From Podarcis erhardii (taxonomy: Eukaryota), in assembly GCA_964252035.1 (NCBI GenBank), contig OZ176205.1: a DNA stretch of 64,000 nt. One strand, 5' to 3'. Position numbers and translations under genes: made by a program. This document shows, one piece after another, positions 37,901 to 48,855 of the stretch. A model generated the notes under the pieces. It did not search any database and was not told the DNA's origin. It saw only the letters and a list, made by a program, of their open reading frames with translations. Numbering within the stretch: position 1 is the stretch's first letter; each line of letters opens with the position of its first letter.

Positions 37901-40900
37901 AGAGCCACGTTCTCATCCTGAAGCGAACGCAACCCACGTCCGCACGGGTCGCGATTTGCCGCTTCTGCGCATGCGCGTGACGTCACTTTGCGCCTGACGT
38001 CATTTTGAGCATCTGCACATGCGCGAGCGGCATAACCTGGAAGTAACGCACTTTGTTACTTCCGGGTCACCACGGAGCGCAACCCAAAAATATTCATCCC
38101 GAAGCATATCTAACCCGAGGTATGACTGTACACATTTCAGTCACAATTTGCAGTAAGCTGATCTTAATGACTAAATGGATTTCGTGTATTTATTTCCAGA
38201 CAACCAGAGCGACAGTTTCTTACTCATTTGTCTATCTCCATAGCTGATGGCTTCTGCGAGAGGACTCCATCCCTGAGCATTTTTCACTTTCACAGGAGCA
38301 TTGTGGGCCAAAAGCAGGTGGGCACATTCTATAACAAAGTATGAGACAATAATTATTTTCCAAATAAGACCACCAGATTGCTTCTCTGTGAAGAGCCACT
38401 TACCATTTGAAAAAAATACTGACGTAAACAAGTTTTGAACTTACTGAAGTTTGAGCAGCACATAAAATCAAGCTAACCAATGACCTATTTTGCATTTGAA
38501 ACCGTTTATGTTGCATTTGGTGCAAAGCAAAATCTATTGGGTGGTATCTGACTAAGTCATACTCATGGTTAACGTTAAGTGAATGTGATTTCAATAGATC
38601 TGTTCTATGACTTAGGCTGCATTCTTAACTATGTCTACTCCTATTGAATTTAATGGTGGTTACTCACAGGTTAAGTGGGGTTAGTCTTGCAGCCACAGCT
38701 AGGTACAACCTAGTGTCTGAATTGTATCCAAATGATGTCTTTCTACTGACAGAAGTCTCTGATCCAATAGAGGCTTCCATCAGCAGGACAGGGAGGTAGA
38801 CAGAGTTTTAACAATTCCCAGAGTCCCCTGAGCAGTGCCCCCATCGCACAATCTATTCCTGGGGGTTGGGAGAAAAAGACAGAACCTGTGGTACTATGAT
38901 GATTTAGTGATATATACCTTTAGGAACTATTTTGATTGAGCAAGTCAATAAAAAATATTTAAGAGCAGTTTCACTCCCTATGTATACACAAATAACAGCA
39001 ACAGGAGATTAACAGGAAATGCTTCAACAGTCTTGACTGCCATAGAGGAAACCTAACCTGAATCCACCGTACCTAATTAAACAAAGTATACTGAGCTGAT
39101 GGGATTGTTTGGCGCTGTATCTTAACTAAGCAAGTAAGCCAAGGAGTCCAGTGGAAAATGAGGAATGGAGACAACACTTATGGCTAACAGTTTTAAATTT
39201 ATTGGGAATTACGAAGAACTTTATATCCTACGCTACACTGCTATTCTACTTGAACAAGAAATAAAAGCTGCCTTTTTAAACAAAAAAAGTCAACTCAAAA
39301 CAACTTAAAATGAAACGAATATAAACCTAAAACAAAATGAAAGCCATGGTACACCTGCATCAGCACAACCAGGCACTTTCAACTACCCAAACTAAAACAA
39401 AACATGCCTCTCCCATATTGATTTCCAATGGTTTGACTTCATGGCATACTCTTCCAGTGCCTCCTGAGACAGGCGGAGGCCAAACAACATACAAGGCAGT
39501 CAAACACATCCCACCCACCAAAGGAAGCCACAGTATCTTAAAATAAGATGCTTTGGTGCCAAGACCAAATATGGGTGCAAAGGAGAGGAAGGAATCAAAT
39601 AAACCTGAGCAGCACAAAAATCAACAAGAGGGTGAGGTAGTGACATTGGGGGGGGGGGGGGAGAAGAACACACAATGCAAATCAGAGGAAAGATAACAGA
39701 GCATGTAGTATGAATCTTAAGGACCAGACTGAGAGGGTGAAAGCAGAAAGTGAGAGCTTCTCCCCAGCGGAAATGCTGAAAGAGTGATTAGATTAGTGGG
39801 AAGAGGCAGAGAAACTTCAGGCATGAAGAGTGTCAGGCACAAGAGGGTAATCAACAGTATCAAAAGCAGTAAAGTCAAGGATAAGTAGAAAAGGGAAGAC
39901 AAAGCAATTTTGCTGAGGTCATTTGACAATAGGGAACTAAGTGCAGAATACAGATTGTAGTGGCAGAGCCTCATAGAGTAACCAGTTTGATCCTGGAGTC
40001 TGAGGGTAAAGGGTGGAAGGGAAATTAATGGAGAACAACCAATTTCACAATAAGGGAACAGCAGACGTTAAGTGGGAAAGCACCTGCAGTGTTCTTGTTT
40101 CTAGGATCTACTTATCCAAGAATCAATTCCCAGAGAATATCTGCTTTCAGTGTCGATGGTTATGACAGCACTGCCTTCAGGATAACAAATGAACTTTCCA
40201 CTAAAATTACTTAACTGGCAAATGCAGGAATCTTTTTGCCCAATGTTCTTCTGACTGAGCTATCCCACAGGGTCTGAGTTACAAATTTCTAATAACCTGA
40301 GAATCTTCTATCCAACACCTATTTAATACTGAAAAGGCATTTCAGTAACTGGAGAGGCAGAGGGTTAGAAGCTTCCACATCTACCAGCAATGTGCACTGC
40401 ATTATGCAATGTGCAATGTGCACTGCATTATGTTGCACTGGTAGGACCTGAACAGAGAATGAAGGCGCTTGTGCACCTGCTAGCAGCTATTTTATCCTCT
40501 CTGGAAAAGCCTCTCTCATAGTCCACAGTCCCCTGTTCTACAAAAACTCTGAAATGGCCTTTGTTGAATTCCTTTAATTTTAAAAGAGGGAACAGTCTTA
40601 TTCCATTATTAATATTATAGCTTTTAGGACCAATTATTATGACTAGCCTTCATTATGACAGCAGCCTTCATTAATTTTTCTGAACTTTTGCAGATAGTTC
40701 TGAACAGCATCTCATAGCTTCTCTGCCTACCATACTTTGTTCTAATTTATTTGGAATTTTCTCTTAAGTCACTGCAAGACAAGCAAGGGGTAATACAGAC
40801 CCTTTTCTCTGTGCTCCTTCTTATCCCTCGCAATAAAGTAATAATGATAAGGATTCAGGACTGGGCAAGGTAGATATGTGCAGGGAACTTCTCTCTCCAT

Positions 40901-43900
40901 AACCTTCTGAGCAGCTCTTGCCATTCAGAAGCAAAGGGCACTGAAAAGCACAAGCGTGACCATGACCCCAGCTCACAGTAAAACAGCACTGGCTGCATTT
41001 TCACAATGGGCTCTGTGAAAGAGATGTGTTTCTTCTTCATCCAGCAGCAGTTCCCAACAGCCACCACCACCACCACCACCACCATGATCTAGGGAAAACT
41101 ATGAGAAGGTGAATTCTCCCCTTGTTTGCTCTGTTATTCCCTTTTCCATGTTTTGAGAAATATGATCTGGAGACTCTAGTTGCTACGTTTGATGCTGCAT
41201 ACATTTTAAAAAGCAAATATAAATGAAGTCTTACCAACCTTTATGCCCCAGCATCACAGCCAGATGTAAAGGAGTGTTTCCTATTTAAATGAATAAACAA
41301 ACAAAAAATATTTTAAATCAGTAATCAGACTGAATAAAACACCAAATTTCACACTGATAAATGGTCCTAATATCAATTATGAGTTAAATATAGCAAACCT
41401 ACTATTGTCAATTTGACAATAAAGAATAAGCAGTGTTAAATCACATGACAATTCACTTTGATACATTATCTGCATTGGGTCAATCTTCAGTTTTACTCCT
41501 GGGCAATTAAGAGGACAGGAATAATTAAAGAATATTGGAAAGAAAAAGAAAGAAATCAAGTGACATTCCGTCACTCTAAATTAATTAAGGCCTGTAAAGT
41601 CTCCAATGTTATTAAAACTGACGGATGTAGGTCACTACACATAAGGGATATATTCTAATAAAAAATTAAACAGCATGTTTTATTTATTCATTGCATAGAT
41701 CCAGTTTTACAGACAAGGTATGTTATTAAAAGTACCTTAATGAAAACCAGAGAGCTTGAAATCACTCAAAATACATAATTACTATAAAATATTACAGTAA
41801 CAGCTTACAGTTATGTAAAAACAGAATTATGAGTATTGTATTGTTGCAATATACTTGAACAGAATTCACACTGGAGAAAGAAATCAGCTGCTTCAGAACC
41901 TTAACTTTTATTTTTATGGCAGTTAAGAAATGCAATGGCTGGAAAAATCAAAGAAGAATGAAAAGGTAAGCAGGACGCTTATACCACCCTAAGGGTGGTA
42001 TCCAACACTGCACTATGATGAACATACCATCTGCACAAACATTGTAGATTGCCAGACAGAATTGTCTCCCCAATCCTTCTCTGCATGCCGTTCTTGGGTT
42101 TCTGCTGAGCCCCCCCACCCCCAGTTCCACTGGAGGAGGAGGAGGCGGGAAATCTCTATTTTACAAGTAACAGCCCTTGAGCAGGGATTCCACCAATGAT
42201 CACATAAAATAACCTGCCCCCAGTTAATTATATCCATAATAATTGCTGACAGCTTGTATTTGGGTTGCAAAGAGAGCTCTACCTCTCTTTCAAATCAGAA
42301 CCAGTGAAGATGGTGAAGGTCCTATGTGAGTATCTGGAGGATGGATGGCGGCTAACAGATTGAAGTTGAATCCTGACAAGACAGAAGTACTGTTTTGGGG
42401 TGACAGGAGGCAGGCAGGTGTGGAGGACTTCCTGGTCCTGAATAGGGTAACTGTGCCCCTGAAGGACCAGGTGCACAGCCTGGGAGTCATTTTGGACTCA
42501 CAGCTGTCCATGGAGGCGCAGGTCAATTCTGTGTCCAGGGCAGTTGTTTATCAGTTCTGTCTGGTACGCAGGCTGAGACCCTACCTGCTCGCAGACTGTC
42601 TCGCCAGAGTGGTGCATGCTCTAGTTATCTCTCGCTTGGACAACTGCAATGTGCTCTATATGGGGCTACTTTTGAAGGTAACCAACTAATCCAGAATGCA
42701 GCATCTAGACTGGTGACTGGGAGTGGCCGCTGAGACCACATAACACTGGTATTGAAAGACCTACATTGGCTCCCAGTAAGTTTCCAGGCACAATTCAAAA
42801 TGTTGGTGTTGACCTTTAAAGCCCTAAACAGCCTCGGTCCAGTATACCTGAAGGAGTGTCTCCACCCCCATCGTTCTTCCCGGACACTGAGGTCCAGTGC
42901 TGAGGGCCTTCTAGCAGTTCCCTTGCTGCGAGAATCCAGGTTACAGGAAACCAGGCAGAGGGCCTTCTCTGTAGTGGCACCCGCCCTGTGGAATGCCCAC
43001 CCACCAGATGTCAAAGAGAAGAACAACTACTAGACTTTTAGAAGACATCTGAAGGCAGCCATGTTTAGAGAAGCTTTTAATGTTTAATAGACAATATTTT
43101 GTTGGAAGCCGCCCCGAGTGGCTGGGGAAACCCAGGTGGGCGGGGTATTAGTAATATATTATTATTATTATTATTATTACTATTATTAGTGCAACACTTA
43201 ATCAGAGCAATGCGTTAAAAAACCTTTTGATCACTTTAAAAAGTGCCGCTGATCAATCAGCAGTTTATTAAAATATTGTCTAATTGTTCATACAAGTTAT
43301 AAATGACAAGCAACATCTTAGAAGCTGCATTTCCCCTTCTCTTGCATAGGGTGGAATGTCTCTTCTGAAGTTTAACTCACTACAATAGTCATTTGCAACT
43401 GACACATTTAACTTACAGGATTTTGATTTTACGCAGTTGACAGCGAGCCAGTTGAATTTGCACAAATTAAATGCATGGAAGGCGGAGAGCTTAAACTTTT
43501 AAGTTCTCCACCTTGCTTACCAGGTTCTGGGAGGCTCTGGGAAGATTTCACAGGAACACAGGTGACTACATGTGATCTTGCAAGAGCCACCCAGAGCCCA
43601 GTAAGCAAAGCAAAGAGCTTAAAAGCTTTCTGCCTTTTTGAGGGGGGCAGAGTTTAAGACCCATTTGATACACCAACTCCGGAAAGTAAGAGTGCTAGCA
43701 CAAGGGTGGTTCCAAGGGAGTGGTTCAACTACACATTTTTGCACATACACACCACCCCTGGAATATAACCCTCTGTCTCTCTATATATAATCCTTGCACA
43801 AGACGTGAGATGCTGTATATAAATAAGAACATATAAACACTTTTCTTTAAGACTATTTTTAGTAATACAGAAACATGCAGATTTAATTACTTGATGAAAA

Positions 43901-46900
43901 TGTACAATAGACTAAAAATCAGGAGCCAGTTTTTGCTGGAATATCATTGTGCACACAGCCTCAGCAGTGCTGATTTGTTTTAACCTAGGGCAGTATTATA
44001 AACATTGCACATGCAGCGCTCTCTCTCTGTGGCTGTCAGATGCTCTAACACACACTAGTACAACAAGGCAGGTCAGATTCAACCCCATTAAGCCTGGTCT
44101 AACCAAAAGGCTAGTCTATCTGATTATCAAGCTTCCTGGACTACAATCCAGTCTTTCTTTTGTTCTGAAACTGTTTTTATTGTGAAGCTTTTGTTCTGAA
44201 GGGCAGGTTGAAGTTCATTACAACTCCAACCGATTATTTTTTGGCATCCTGGGGCATAATTTTCTGGGGAAAACTCTAAACAAGAAAATGCATACTGCCT
44301 GGTCTTCATTGTAATACCAATTTGAGCTTTTTACCCAACAGAAAATCACCTTTGTGCATGCAACACTAATGTCTCACAACAAATGAAACTGATCTGTAGA
44401 AAACATACCGGTAACTTGAAAAAAAGAGACAATGCACATATTTTTGTAAACTAGGAATTTTTTTATAAAAAGGAAGAAAGAAAATCACCTTTGTTTCCCT
44501 AGTCCAGGCATAGGCAAACTCGCCCCTCCAGATGTTTTGGGACTACAACTCCCATCATCCCTAGCTAACAGGACCAGTGGTCAGGGATGATGGTAGTCCC
44601 AAAACATCTGAAGGGCCTGCCCTAGTCCCTGTGAGAAATGAGATATGACTGACCAAAGACCTCAAAATGCCAGGGTGCATTTGATGTTAAGGAATAGTTT
44701 CTAATCTATGTACTTTGTCCTCAGCTACAATTCAGCTGACTGGATAACCATCCACGGCAGTGTAATTGGATGCTGCTAGTCAGACACAGAATTAAGTGTG
44801 TTCTAATGAGGTTCCAATATTATTCTTGGAAATGGATCAAAGCTGTAGTTAATCACACAAAACCTATGCCTACCTTACCATCATGGTGTAAGAAAATGTG
44901 CCCATGAATGTGTCACTGCACTGATCTCGCTGGCAGTCTTAAAATGGCAGTGACAGAAGATAAGCCACCACAATACCAGTATTTGCCCTACTGAAGTAAA
45001 TCGGGCTGGAACAGCAAGCAATCAAGAGGTTATATTAATACAATCAAGAGGTTATAATCAATCAACTAATATTGTGGATTTAAACTCAAAATTTGAGATA
45101 AATGATAGCTAGTTTCCAATCTTAAATTTAGCTTAGCTCCAAGACACACACTTTGCATTATGACAACTTTTCAACAGAAATGTGTTATTTAGCCACAAAC
45201 TGAAATAAACAAATACAGAAAATGGTAGCTATGCCCGTTTTTAAAATTAGTTTACAACTTAGTTCTTGCTCACTGGAAATCTTATAATTATTTGGACCAG
45301 TTTGAATTAATAATGCTCTATAATAAAAGGCTAATACCTCAATCCTACATCTACTCAGATGTAAATCCCACTGAATTTAGTGAGGCTTACTTTCAGGTAA
45401 GTGGATCTAGGACTGAACAATAAATATAACTCTTTCCATTAAGAAAATTCCAGTGGATTGATATGACATTTAGTAAATTACACAAAATTCTACTAGATAA
45501 AAAAAGATAAAAGTAAAAATAACAAGAAGAATCTCAAAGACTCATAGCAACTTCTCATAGAAATAAATGCAACTAAAATTAAGCATACCCTTTAGATCTA
45601 GTAGGTATTAAAAACTGGCTAAAGTACAAATTCATGGCTGTAGGTAAAACTGTAGGTGGCATAACAATTATTCTCCTGGAAAATCAAACCACTGAGTAAT
45701 AGTGACTAATTTCCAGAAAGGCAGTTTTCTATCTTGAGAAGAGAGATGTTCCTACCACGTGTGGGGAACCTCTGGCTTTCCAGATATTGCTGAACTATGT
45801 CCCATCATCTCTGGCCACTGGCCATGCTTGCTGGGGTTGGTGGGAGTTGTAGTTCAGAAACATTTAGAGAGCCAAAAGTTCCTCAACCTTGTTTTATATT
45901 AAGGTCCTTCCAATGGGCAGAGAGAGAAGAGATTGCATGTACTCCAATATAACTCAGAATACACTGAATTCAACAGGTAGTACTTCCAAAGGTGCATCTA
46001 ATCGCAGCAGAAGAGCCTCCCCAAATAACACTATTTGCACATTGGGCATCTCTTAGTAAAGGAAGCATTTCTGCTAACAACTATGGTTGACTACAACTGT
46101 TTCAGATCAGAAAGTGTTCATTCCTACTTCAGAACTAACATGATACTTCAAAGTATATTATTAGAGTCACACAGGTCTGTACAAGAATCAGAAGCATCAC
46201 AAATAGGGGGAAAATAACCATGTCTGCACTTTTGATTGGTACATCCACTCTGAGAGAAAGGAGAGATCTTATACACATTAGCTGTTTTGTTTACATGAAA
46301 AATTAATTCCTCCGGTTCCGCCTTCAAAGGCAGGAAAATTGTATTCATTCGGCTAGCCAATGACTAAGTGAGTCGTCAACCTTTACTCTAATTTCCACTG
46401 GATAAAATAAAAGCATAATATGTTTTTCAAGTTCAGGAAGTACACTGCCCCATCAGCATTCCTGTAGGCAATTTAGAAATCAGCACAGGAGCCAGTTCCT
46501 CTCTAAAGCATACGTGTGCATATACACATACACAGGTCTCATCAGTGTTTCTTATCACAATCCAAAACTGGGATAGCAGTAGTTCTGTCACTTACTTCCT
46601 GCTTTTTAAAACACGATTAACATCCCCACCCCACCCCTCATGAGACAAGACGCTCCAGAAGCCTTTCTGAACTAAAGCTTCTTTACTGGGTCAGGATCGG
46701 TTTAGGGCATGAGATGCCCAAGCGTAAAAGCAGACACAGATTCCAAGGGAGGTGAAGAGAGATCTCAGGTCGATCCGCATCTAGGTTAAGGTGATCACGG
46801 ATAGAGAGGTTTAACCGGTAGCATGCCGGTGCGCAGCCGTCCCCCGCCACTGCAGAAAAGATCGGGTGGGGAGATGCAGTGTCGAAAAACACGTAATAAG

Positions 46901-47434
46901 GGCAATGACCAGCGGAGGGGGAAACACAAGGCGCCTATAACGGCGGCGTTAGACACATAGCGCGCTGGAGACAAAACGGAGCTCGAGAGACCGGGCAGCA
47001 GGATGTCCCTAACTCCGGGGAGGCCCAGGGATGCTCGACCTTCTCCCCGGGTGGCCGGGCGAGCCCTGTCGCTTACCGTGGCTGTCCTTCTGGCCGATGC
47101 CCTGCGTGCGGATCAGAGCCGACAGCCGCCTGACGTCCCCCTTGAAGACGCACTCGTGCACGGGGAACTGCCCCGACGGGCCCTTGTCCGGCTCGGCGGC
47201 GGCGGACCCGCCGGTTCCCCCCTTGAGCGGCAGCCGGTGGTGGTTGGTGGTGAAGATGCGGTGGCTCCCGGCGCGGCCGCTTTTGCCGGCCCCCAGCCGG
47301 CCCCCGGTGAAGGCTCCCCCGCTGCCGCTGCCTGGCGCGGCCGCCGCCTCTTCCTCTCCGGGCGCCAGCAGGTCCCCGTCCTCCTTGCTGGGCTTGTGGT
47401 CCCTGCGCAGCGAGCGCAGCTTCTCTCCGGTCAT
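22833..47434 (-). CDS. ANKRD13C: Ankyrin repeat domain-containing protein 13C, complete 13-exon CDS, 517 aa; exons (-) 47434-47077, 41280-41239, 38328-38224, 36101-36016, 34701-34656, 33117-33051, 31001-30857, 30143-30012, 29686-29525, 28913-28834, 25498-25400, 24142-24042, 22963-22833
   Basis: Translation MTGEKLRSLRRDHKPSKEDGDLL...FPVHECVFKGDVRRLSALIRTQGIGQKDSHGNTPLHLAVMLGHKECAHLLLAHNAPVKVKNAQGWSPLAEAISYGDRQM...LGDFYLELHWDFQSWVPLLSRILPSD...DIPVFPTITATVTFQEFRYDEFDESIFTIPDDYKEDPSRFPDL* shows ankyrin repeats and the ANKRD13 C-terminal domain. Exon lengths sum to 1554 nt and all junctions are GT-AG. Its position between SRSF11 and CTH matches known vertebrate synteny. Confidence 0.97.
23240..23509 (-). 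mobile_element. Truncated pogo/Tigger-like DNA transposon end
   Basis: Minus strand begins CGTATTTTTCGCCCTATAGGACGCAC with a repeated sub-terminal CGTCCTAT motif; GC-rich interior; second end not found. Confidence 0.5.
24042..24142 (-). CDS. ANKRD13C: ANKRD13C exon 12 (LLNVLEVIAPFKHFNKLREFVQMKLPPGFPVKL)
   Basis: cccccag|GTTAT...TTAG|gtgagc; 101 nt. Confidence 0.95.
25400..25498 (-). CDS. ANKRD13C: ANKRD13C exon 11 (APHLGRELVCKESKKTFKATIAMSQEFPLGIES)
   Basis: cttag|AGCAC...AATC|gtaagt; 99 nt. Confidence 0.95.
27734..27959. mobile_element. Tc1/mariner-type MITE, 226 bp (copy A)
   Basis: TIRs CAGTGGTACCTCGGGTTA...TAACCCGAGGTACCACTG, TA duplication; near-identical to 50941-51166. Confidence 0.9.
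28131..28640. mobile_element. GC-rich hAT-like non-autonomous element with long internal inverted repeats
   Basis: Starts CAGGGGTCAGCAAACT...GGCCC (hAT-like end); internal arms 28203-28241/28377-28416 and 28265-28280/28318-28333; right end degraded and no TSD found. Confidence 0.6.
28834..28913 (-). CDS. ANKRD13C: ANKRD13C exon 10 (PVRRQSLTPPPPNTITWEEYISAENGK)
   Basis: ttaacag|CCTGT...GGAAA|gtgagt; 80 nt. Confidence 0.94.
29525..29686 (-). CDS. ANKRD13C: ANKRD13C exon 9 (ERVGNFLADFYLVNGLVLESRKRREHLSEEDILRNKAIMESLSKGGNLMEQNFE)
   Basis: ttgcag|GAAAG...GAG|gtacag; 162 nt. Confidence 0.95.
30012..30143 (-). CDS. ANKRD13C: ANKRD13C exon 8 (ESEMETEEEVDILMSSDIYSATLSTKSITFTRAQTGWLFREDKT)
   Basis: tttcag|GAATC...ACA|gtaaga; 132 nt. 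Confidence 0.95.
30857..31001 (-). CDS. ANKRD13C: ANKRD13C exon 7 (LDTTLIDFTDMKCQRGDLSFIFNGDAAPSESFVVLDNEQKVYQRIHHE)
   Basis: cccag|GCTTG...GAG|gtaagc; 145 nt. Confidence 0.95.
31258..31312. repeat. 20-bp tandem repeat x2.75 (CTACTCATGGAGTA[A/G]ACTTA)
   Basis: Units at 31258, 31278 and 31298; each contains the palindrome TACTC-ATG-GAGTA. Confidence 0.9.
33051..33117 (-). CDS. ANKRD13C: ANKRD13C exon 6 (VPLLSRILPSDACKIYKQGINIR)
   Basis: tgcag|TGCCT...ATCAG|gtaaga; 67 nt. Confidence 0.95.
33580..34040 (+). mobile_element. L2-clade LINE fragment, same family as 42290-43190
   Basis: AQLSTEAQVNSVSRAAVYQLHLV...VISRLDYCN and LKDLYWLPVHFQAQFQVLVLTFKTLNGLGP in broken frames. Confidence 0.85.
34504..34631 (+). 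mobile_element. tRNA-Lys-derived SINE with CR1-type tail, B box deleted
   Basis: TAGCTCAGTTGGCAGAGCAC...CTCTTAATCTCAGGGTCATGG, then AAGATTCCTGCACTGCAGGGAGTTGGACTAGATGAC...CCTTCCAACTCTAC; same family as 54314-54450. Confidence 0.75.
34656..34701 (-). CDS. ANKRD13C: ANKRD13C exon 5 (LGDFYLELHWDFQSW)
   Basis: ctctccag|CTAGG...TGGG|gtaaga; 46 nt. Confidence 0.95.
36016..36101 (-). CDS. ANKRD13C: ANKRD13C exon 4 (ITALLRKLKQQSRESVEEKRPRLLKALKE)
   Basis: tttag|TTACA...GAG|gtaagt; 86 nt. Confidence 0.95.
36219..36451. mobile_element. Non-autonomous DNA transposon, 233 bp
   Basis: Imperfect TIRs CAGGGCCACCTCT / AGAGGCGGCTCTG; flanks ATCAATTG/GTCAATTA (6 of 8, hAT-like). Confidence 0.6.
37866..38128. 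mobile_element. Tc1/mariner-type MITE, 263 bp, CpG-rich
   Basis: Ends CAGTGGTACCTC...GAGGTATGACTG with TA flanks; shares terminal motifs with both other MITE types here. Confidence 0.85.
38224..38328 (-). CDS. ANKRD13C: ANKRD13C exon 3 (ECAHLLLAHNAPVKVKNAQGWSPLAEAISYGDRQM)
   Basis: gttatag|AATGT...ATGA|gtaaga; 105 nt. Confidence 0.95.
39715..39990 (-). mobile_element. Ancient L2 RT fragment
   Basis: Minus strand reads ...LILDFTAFDTVDYPLVPDTL..., a decayed LDLSAAFDTVDH RT motif. Confidence 0.55.
41062..41083. repeat. (CAC)n microsatellite
   Basis: Read directly; explains the poly-W and poly-V spurious ORFs. Confidence 0.9.
41239..41280 (-). CDS. ANKRD13C: ANKRD13C exon 2 (NTPLHLAVMLGHK)
   Basis: ttaaatag|GAAAC...AAAG|gttggt; 42 nt; ankyrin TPLH motif. 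Confidence 0.93.
42290..43190 (+). mobile_element. L2-clade LINE, 5'-truncated 3' end with (TTA)n tail
   Basis: Broken RT C-terminal frames (RLKLNPDKTEVL...LGVILDSQLSMEAQVNSVSR...HALVISRLDNCN; LKDLHWLPVSFQAQFKMLVLTFKAL) with frameshifts; TAT/TTA tail 43145-43187. Confidence 0.9.
44505..44619. mobile_element. hAT-type palindromic MITE
   Basis: Ends CAGGC...GCCTG; perfect 8-bp TSD CCCTAGTC (44497-44504, 44620-44627); internal inverted GGGACTAC/GTAGTCCC and CATCATCCCT/AGGGATGATG. Confidence 0.85.
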
Positions 47435-48100
47435 CGCCAGCGGCGGCCCCGGGCGCTGGGGGCCCCCGGCGGGGAGAAGCGGCGCCGCAGTCGCTGCCGC
47501 GGGGGGCTCGGCGAGCTCAGAGCCGCGGCGGAGGGTCTCTTCCGGGCTGCAGCATCCCCCCTTCCCGCCGCACACACTCGCCGCCCGCCGCCCAGGGACT
47601 CCCCGCAGGCCGAGGGGGCTCCGCGCTCCTGCCGAACCGCCTTCCACCTGCCGCTCCTCTCAGCGGCTAGACCGCGCCGCCATCTTGTCGGAGGGGTCTC
47701 GCGAGAGCGGAGCGGCTCCGCCGGGCGAGATCGAGGCGCTCTCGCGAGATGGTGACCTCCGGCGCCTGCCGTGGGAAGGAGGCGAGAGTCCCGGCGGGAC
47801 TGTTCCGAAGGCGGGGTCGCTGCTCTGAGCGGCGAGGTGGGACGGGGGGGGGGGCAGCCCTAGTGAGTTTATTGGGGAGACGCCTGGGCCCCCCCCTTGA
47901 GTCCTGTCAATTTACCGGCCGTGTTGCGGTTCTGGCTGGCTCACCTGTGGCCGCCCAGGTGCTGCCAGACTCCCAGTCTCCGCCACGTGTATGCACGTGG
48001 GGTGCTGGTGGGAGCCGGAGCCCAGGAACAGCTGGGGGCCTTACAGGATGGCAGCCGAGGTCCCTTTGCCCCGCCCCTAAAATATTTCCCAAATATCCCC
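46780..48100. promoter_or_regulatory. CpG island / promoter of ANKRD13C with YY1 motif (GCCGCCATCTT 47676-47686), two TCTCGCGAGA palindromes (47697-47706, 47740-47749) and GC boxes
   Basis: Abrupt rise in GC and CpG density around exon 1; motifs read directly. Confidence 0.85.
47077..47434 (-). CDS. ANKRD13C: ANKRD13C coding exon 1 (MTGEK...GQKDSHG)
   Basis: ATG at 47434; CACG|gtaagc donor; 358 nt; within CpG island. Confidence 0.94.
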
Positions 48101-48855
48101 TCTCCCAAAATTAATTGCCATTGCTAATCAAATGATGTTCGTGTGTGCCGCATCTTGTGATCGATTATTCAAGTTGGCACCCCTGATCTTGCAGATGAGT
48201 CTCTCCCAGGAGAGGAAGGGACGAAGGTTGCATTTGCCTGCTTTTTTCCGTGGCACAATTTTCATGGGAGTGGGAGACGTGCACATGGCCGGTGGCAGTG
48301 GAAACGGGTGCAGAGTGGGGCTGCGGAATAGAAGACGGGAAAGGCTTCAGAGTTGGGGTAGGGGAAAGTGAGCTTAGTAGTCGCATGGGGTGGGAAGGGA
48401 GAAGCTCTGGCGGTTAGTGTTGGCGAGTGGAGTGAGCCTCCTAGTTAATTCATCATTTCTTTTCTTTAGGACTGCAATACGAAACATACTGGGAAGAAAG
48501 CCTCATTATTTCTTTATTTTTTACACCACCGTTTATCCGAGGATCACAGGACGGTTTACAATATAAAAACACAGAAATGCATAACATTGGAACAAACAAA
48601 AATAACAACACCCTCACCCCCGTTTAAAAGTCCTGGGAGAAGAGGAATGATCTCAATGATTTATTTACTAGTAAATATGTAGATGTTAAGATTTCAAATG
48701 CTGTTATTCCTTGGGTTCCAAGAATCGTCCTTCAGTAAAACTTAATCCTGGTTTTGTTCATTTCTAATACATTTCAACTTGCCATTGTGTTTGAAATGAT
48801 CTATTCTTACTTGAAAAATGAAATTGGTTTATTTTATCCATGCTAACCTGGAAGT

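Noticed and set aside
42345-43033. RT-like ORFs (114 aa, 93 aa)
   Set aside because: 5'-truncated, frameshifted L2 remnant; not an active retroelement or a gene
47435-47647. 71-aa N-terminal extension of ANKRD13C shown in the ORF track
   Set aside because: The track start is GTG in weak context; homology to ANKRD13C begins at MTGEK (47434). Only the upstream uORF arrangement is kept as a finding.
47003-47828. Long plus-strand ORFs (250 aa, 265 aa) over the ANKRD13C CpG island
   Set aside because: Shadow ORFs typical of stop-poor GC-rich DNA antisense to a real exon; low-complexity Ala/Pro/Gly/Arg, no recognisable domain or exon structure
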